The translations under genes and the position numbers were made by a program. Positions 58,571-64,000 of a DNA stretch of 64,000 nucleotides are shown in pieces. The notes beneath the pieces were generated by a model, which did no database searches, was not told where the DNA came from, and saw only the letters and a list, made by a program, of their open reading frames with translations. Position 1 is the stretch's first letter, and each line of letters begins with the position of its first letter. Source of the stretch: the human T2T-CHM13v2.0 reference genome, Homo sapiens; NCBI RefSeq assembly GCF_009914755.1, contig NC_060933.1. One strand, written 5' to 3'.

Positions 58571-61500
58571 CCTTTCCATTCCATTCCATTCCATTCCATT
58601 CCATTCCGTTCCGTTCCATTCCATTCCATTCCATTCTATTCGGGTTAATTCCATTCAATTCCATTCGATTGCAACCAATTTTTTCCATTCCATTCCATTC
58701 CATTCCATTCCATTCCATTCCTTTCCATTCCATTACGGATGATTCCATTCCATTGCATTACATTCCATTCCATTCCCCTGTACTCGGGTTGATTCCATTC
58801 CATTCCATTCCAATCCATGCCCTTCCACTCTTGTTGATTCCATTCTTTCCATTCCATTCAAGTTGAATCCATTCCATTGCATTCCATTGCATTCCATTCC
58901 ATTCGATTGCACTCGGGTTGATTCCATTCCATTGCATTCCATTCCATTCCATTCCATTCCATTCCATTCCATTCCATTCCGTTCCATTCCATTCCATTAC
59001 ATTCGGATTGATTCTATTCAATTCCCTTACTCTCCATTACATTCGATTCCATTCGGGTTGTTCCATTCCATTCCATTCCATTCCACTCCATTCCATTGCA
59101 CTCGGGTTGATTCCATTACATTCCATTCCATTCCGGAAGATTCCATTCCATTGCATTCCATTACATTCCATTCCCCTGCACTCGCGTTGATTCCATTCCT
59201 TTCCATTCCATTCCATTCCATTCCATTCCATTCCGTTCCGTTCCATTCCATTGCATTCCATTCCATTCCATTCCGTTTCGATCCATTCCATTCCATTCCA
59301 TTCTATTCGGGTTAATTCCATTCCATTCCATTCGATTCCAATCGTGTTAATTCCATTCCATTCCATTCCATTCCATTCCATTCCATTCCATTCCTTTCCA
59401 TTCCATTACGGATGATTCCATTCCATTGCATTCCATTCCATTCCATTCCCCTGTACTCGGGTTGATTCCATTCCATTGCATTCCAATCCATGCCCTTCCA
59501 CTCGTGTTGATTCAATTGATTCCATTCCATTCAAGTTGAATCCATTCCATTGCATTCCATTCCATTCGATTCCATTCGATTGCACTCGGGTTGTTTCCAT
59601 TCCATTGCATTCCATTCCATTCCATTCCATTCCATTCCATTCCATTCCGTTCCACTCCATTCCTTTACATTCGGATTGATTCTATTCAATTCTCTTACAC
59701 TCCATTACATTCCATTCCATTCGGGTAGTTTCCATTCCATTCCATTCCATTCCTCTCCATTCCATTGCACTCGGGTTGATTCCATTCCATTGCATTCCAT
59801 TCCATTCCATTCAATTCCCCTGCACTCGGGTTGATTCCATTCCATTCCATTCCATTCCATTCCATTCCATTCCATTCCACTCCCTTCCATTCCGTTCCAT
59901 TCCATTCCATTCCATTCTATTCCGGTTAATTCCATTCCATTCCATTCGATTCCATTCCATTCCATTACATTACATTGCAGTCGAGTTGATTGCATTCCAT
60001 TCCATTCTATTCCGTTCCGGATGATTCCAGTCCATTACATTCCATTCCATTCCATTCCATTCCCCTGCATTCGGGTTGATTCCATTCCATTCCATTCCAT
60101 TCCGTTCCATTCCATTCCTTTCCATTCTATTCGGGTTAATTCCATTCCATTCCATTCCATTCCATTCCATTCCATTCCAATCGAGTTAATTCCATTCCAA
60201 TCCATTCCATTCCATTCCACTCCATTCCAGTCCTTTCCATTCCATTACACTCGGGTTGATTCCATTCTATTCCGTTCCATTCCATTCCATTCCATTGCAA
60301 TCGAGTTGATTCCATTGCTTTGCATTCCATTCCATTCCATTCCATTCCGGATGATTCCATTCCATTGCATTCCATTCCATTCCATTCCCCTGCACTCGGG
60401 TTGATTCCATTCCATTCCACTCCATTCCGTTCCATTCCATTCCATTCCATTGTATTCGGGTTAATTCCATTCCATTCCATTCCATTCCATTCCATTCTAT
60501 TACAATCGAGTTGATTCCATTCCATTCCATTCCATTCCATTCCATTCCAGTCCTTTCCATTCCATTCCACTCGTGTTGATTCCATTCTATTAGTTTCCAT
60601 TCCATTCCTTTCCCTTCCATTCCACTCTTTTTGATTCCATTCCTTTCCATTCCACTCGAATACATTCCCTCCTATTCCACTCGGAACGATTCCATTCCAT
60701 TCCATTCCATTCCATTCCATTCCATTCCATTCCATTTCGTTCCATTCCATTCTATTCCGTATCATTCCATTCCATTCCATTCCATTCCATTCCACTCGTG
60801 TTGATTTCATTCCTTTCCATTCCATTCGGTTTGAAGGCATTCCATTCCATTCCATTCCATTCCATTCCATTCCATTCCATTCCATTCCATTGTACTCGGG
60901 TTGATTCCATTCCATTGCATTCCATTCCATTCCATTCCGTTGCATTCCATTCCATTACATTCGGATTGATTCTATTCAACTCCCTTACTCTCCATTACAT
61001 TCCATTCCATTCGGGTTGTTCCATTCCATTCCATTCCATTCCACTCCATTCCATTGCACTCGGATTGATTCCATTCCATTCCATTCCATTCAATTCCATT
61101 CCATTCCGGACGATTCCATTCCATTGCATTCCGTTCCATTACATTCCCCTGCACTCGGGTTGATTCCATTCCATTCCATTCCATTCCTTTCGATTCCATT
61201 CCATTCCAATTCTTTCCATTCCATTCTATTCCGTACCATTCCATTCCATTCCATACAATTCCATTCCATTCCATTCCACTCCGTTCCGTTCCGTTCCGTT
61301 CCGTTCCGTTCCATTCCATTCCATTCCATTCTATTCCATTCCATTGCAATCGAGTTGAATCCATTGCATTCTATTCCATTCCATTCCATTCCATTCCGGA
61401 AGATTCCATTCCAATGCATTCCATTCCATTCCATTCCATTCCATTCCATTCCATTCCATTCCCTTCCATTCCATTGTACTCGGGTTGATTCCATTCCATT

Positions 61501-62819
61501 GCATTCCATTCCATTCCATTCCATTCCATTCCATTCCGTTCCATTCCATTCCATTACATTCGGATTGATTCTTTTCAACTCCCTTACTCTCCATTACATT
61601 CCATTCCATTCGGGTTGTTCCATTCAATTCCATTCCATTCCACTCCATTCCATTGCACTCGGGTTGATTCCATTCCATTCCATTCCATTCCATTCCGGAT
61701 GATTCCATTCCATTGCATTCCGTTCCATTACATTCCCCTGCACTCGGGTTGATTCCATTCCATTCCATTCCATTCCATTCGATTCCATTCCATTCCCCTG
61801 CACTCGCGTTGATTCCATTCCATTCCATTCCATTCCATTCCATTCCATTCCATTCCATTCCTTTCCGTTCCAGTCTTTTCCATTCCATTCCACTCGGGTT
61901 GATTCCATTCTATTAGTTTCCATTCCATTCCATTCCCTTCCATTCGACTCTGGTTGATTCCATTCCTTTCCATTCCACTCGAATACATTCCCTCCTATTC
62001 CACTCGGAACGATTCCATTCCATTCCATTCCATTCCATTTCGTTCCATTCCATTCTATTCCGTATCATTCCATTCCATTCCATTCCATTCCATTCCATTG
62101 TACTCGGGTTGATTCCATTCCATTGCATTCCATTCCATTCCATTCCATTCCATTCCGTTGCATTCCATTCCATTACATTCGGATTGATTCTATTCAACTC
62201 CCTTACTCTCCATTACATTCCATTCCATTTGGGTTGTTCCATTCCATTCCATTCCATTCCACTCCATTCCATTGCACTCGGGTTGATTCCATTCCATTCC
62301 ATTCCATTCCATTCCATTCCATTCCATTCCGGATGATTCCATTCCATTGCATTCCGTTCCATTACATTCCCCTGCACTCGCCTTGATTCCATTCCAATCC
62401 ATTCCATTCCATTCAATTCCATTCCATTACAATTCGTTCCATTCCATTCTATTCCGTACCATTCCATTCCATTCCATACCATTCCATTCCATTCCATTCC
62501 ATTCCATTCCATTCCGTTCCATTCCGTTCCATTCCATTCCATTCCATTCTATTCGGGTTAATTCCATTCCATTCCATTCCATTCCATTCCATTCTATTCC
62601 ATTCCATTGCAATCGAGTTGAATCAATTGCATTTCATTCCATTCCATTCCATTCCGGAAGATTCCATTCCATTGCATTCCATTCCATTCCATTCCCCTGC
62701 ACTCGCGTTGATTCCATTCCATTCCATTCCATTCCATTCCATCCATTCCGTTCCGTTCCGTTCCATTCCACTCCATTCCATTCCGTTCCGTTCCATTCCA
62801 TTCCATTCCATTCTATTCG

Positions 62820-64000
62820 GGTTAATTCCATTCCATTCCATTCGATTGCAATCGAGTTGATTCCATTCCATTCCATTCCATTCCATTCCATTCCATTCCA
62901 TTCCTTTCCATTCCATTACGGATGATTCCATTCCATTGCATTCCATTCCATTCCATTCCCCTGTACTCGGGTTGATTCCATTCCATTCCATTCCAATCCA
63001 TGCCATTCCACTCCTGTTGATTCCATTCTTTCCATTCCATTCAAGTTGAATCCATTCCATTGCATTGCATTCCATTCGATTCCATTCGATTGCACTCGGG
63101 TTGATTGCATTCCATTCTATTCCATTCCATTCCATTCCATTCCATTCCGTTCCATTGCATTCCATTACATTCGGATTGATTCTATTCAATTCCCTTATAC
63201 TGCATTACGTTCCATTCCATTCGGGTAGTTTCCATTCCATTCCATTCCATTCCTCTCCATTCCATTGCACTCGGGTTGATTCCATTCCATTGCATTCCAT
63301 TCCATTCCATTCCATTCCATTCCATTCCATTTCATTCCATTCCATTCCATTGCACACGGGTTCATTCCATTCCATTCCATTCCATTCCATTCCATTCCAT
63401 TCCATTCCATTCCATTCCATTATATTCCATACCATTCCATTCCATCCCATTCCATTCCGTTCCATTCCATGCCATTACACTCGGGTTGATTCCATTCCTT
63501 TCCATTCCATTCTTGTTGAATCCATTCCATTCCATTCCATTCCATTCGAATCCATTCCATTGCACTCGGGTTGATTCCATTCCATTCCATTCCATTCCAT
63601 TTCATTCCATTCCATTCCATTACATTCGGATTGATTCTATTCAATTCCCTTACACTCCATTCCATTCCATTCCATTCGGGATGTTTCCATTGCATTCCAT
63701 TCTATTCCACTCCATTCCATTGCATCAGGTTGATTGCATTCCATTCCATTCCATTCCATTCCGGATGATTCCATTCCATTGCGTTCCATTCCATTCCATT
63801 CCCCTGCACTCGGGTTGATTCCATTCCATTGCATTCCATTCCATTCCATTCCATTCCATTCCGTTCCTTTCCATTCCATTCCATTCTATTCCGGTTAATT
63901 CCATTCCATTCCATTCGATTCCATTCCATTCCATTCCATTCCCCTGCACTCGCGTTGATTCCATTCTATTCCACTCTATTCCATTCCATTCCCTTCCTTT
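62820..64000 (+). repeat. Duplicated block, copy B (runs off the window end)
   Basis: As for copy A. ORF-track pairs 57606/63046, 58141/63571 and 58207/63637 are near-identical. Confidence 0.88.

Larger units (their letters stand above)
1..64000 (+). repeat. Human-type Satellite III (HSat3) array, (CATTC)n/(GGAAT)n, likely pericentromeric or acrocentric short-arm heterochromatin; continues past both window edges
   Basis: CATTC pentamer dominates every line. The decamer ACTCGGGTTG/ATTCGGGTTG (reverse complement CAACCCGA(G/A)T), the classical interspersed motif of Satellite III, recurs throughout. The CATTCGATTC-dense ~23-26 bp pattern typical of HSat2 is not the dominant pattern. The C-rich strand is + throughout. 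The decamer-rich type suggests HSat3 group B rather than DYZ1 (inference only). Confidence 0.97.

Noticed and set aside
1-64000. Hundreds of ORFs, including 9239-10339 (366 aa), 5569-6501 (310 aa) and 54851-55783 (310 aa)
   Set aside because: A pure CATTC/GGAAT repeat has no stop codon in any frame, so overlapping FHSIP and WNGME ORFs appear in all six frames. There is no domain, codon structure or frame preference. The WNGME repeat matches the peptide encoded by (TGGAA)n expansions as in SCA31, but nothing here shows translation.
1-64000. CRISPR-like alternation of conserved words (e.g. GCACTCGGGTTGATTCC) and intervening sequence
   Set aside because: The intervening sequence is itself CATTC repeat of variable length, not unique spacers. 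There is no leader and there are no cas genes.
1-64000. Alu, L1, LTR, telomeric or rDNA insertions
   Set aside because: No stretch departs from pentamer-derived sequence for more than about 30 bp. I saw no poly(A) tail, target-site duplication or TTAGGG tract.

Overview
The whole 64 kb window is one uninterrupted, single-orientation array of human-type Satellite III (HSat3). It is (CATTC)n on the + strand and (GGAAT)n on the - strand, interspersed with the classical Sat III decamer A(C/T)TCGGGTTG and a small set of recurrent variant 'words'. I see no protein-coding gene, RNA gene, transposon insertion, CRISPR array or inversion. Every ORF in the track is a translation artefact of the pentamer (FHSIP / WNGME repeats). 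I cannot support a new gene-based biological system here; the real signal is repeat architecture. The main elements are (i) a very young tandem triplication of a ~4.70 kb unit (17215-31337) with a 15-bp microhomology junction and nested ~3.53 kb and ~2.76/1.94 kb sub-periods; (ii) paired, older flanks (14.2-17.2 kb and 31.3-34.7 kb); (iii) non-periodic mosaics of reusable 100-500 bp cassettes elsewhere, with ~0.84 kb and ~5.4-5.5 kb recurrences in the right half; and (iv) many local duplications. All positions and offsets were read by eye from landmark words and the ORF track, not from a computed alignment. Chromosome and subfamily cannot be fixed from the sequence alone.
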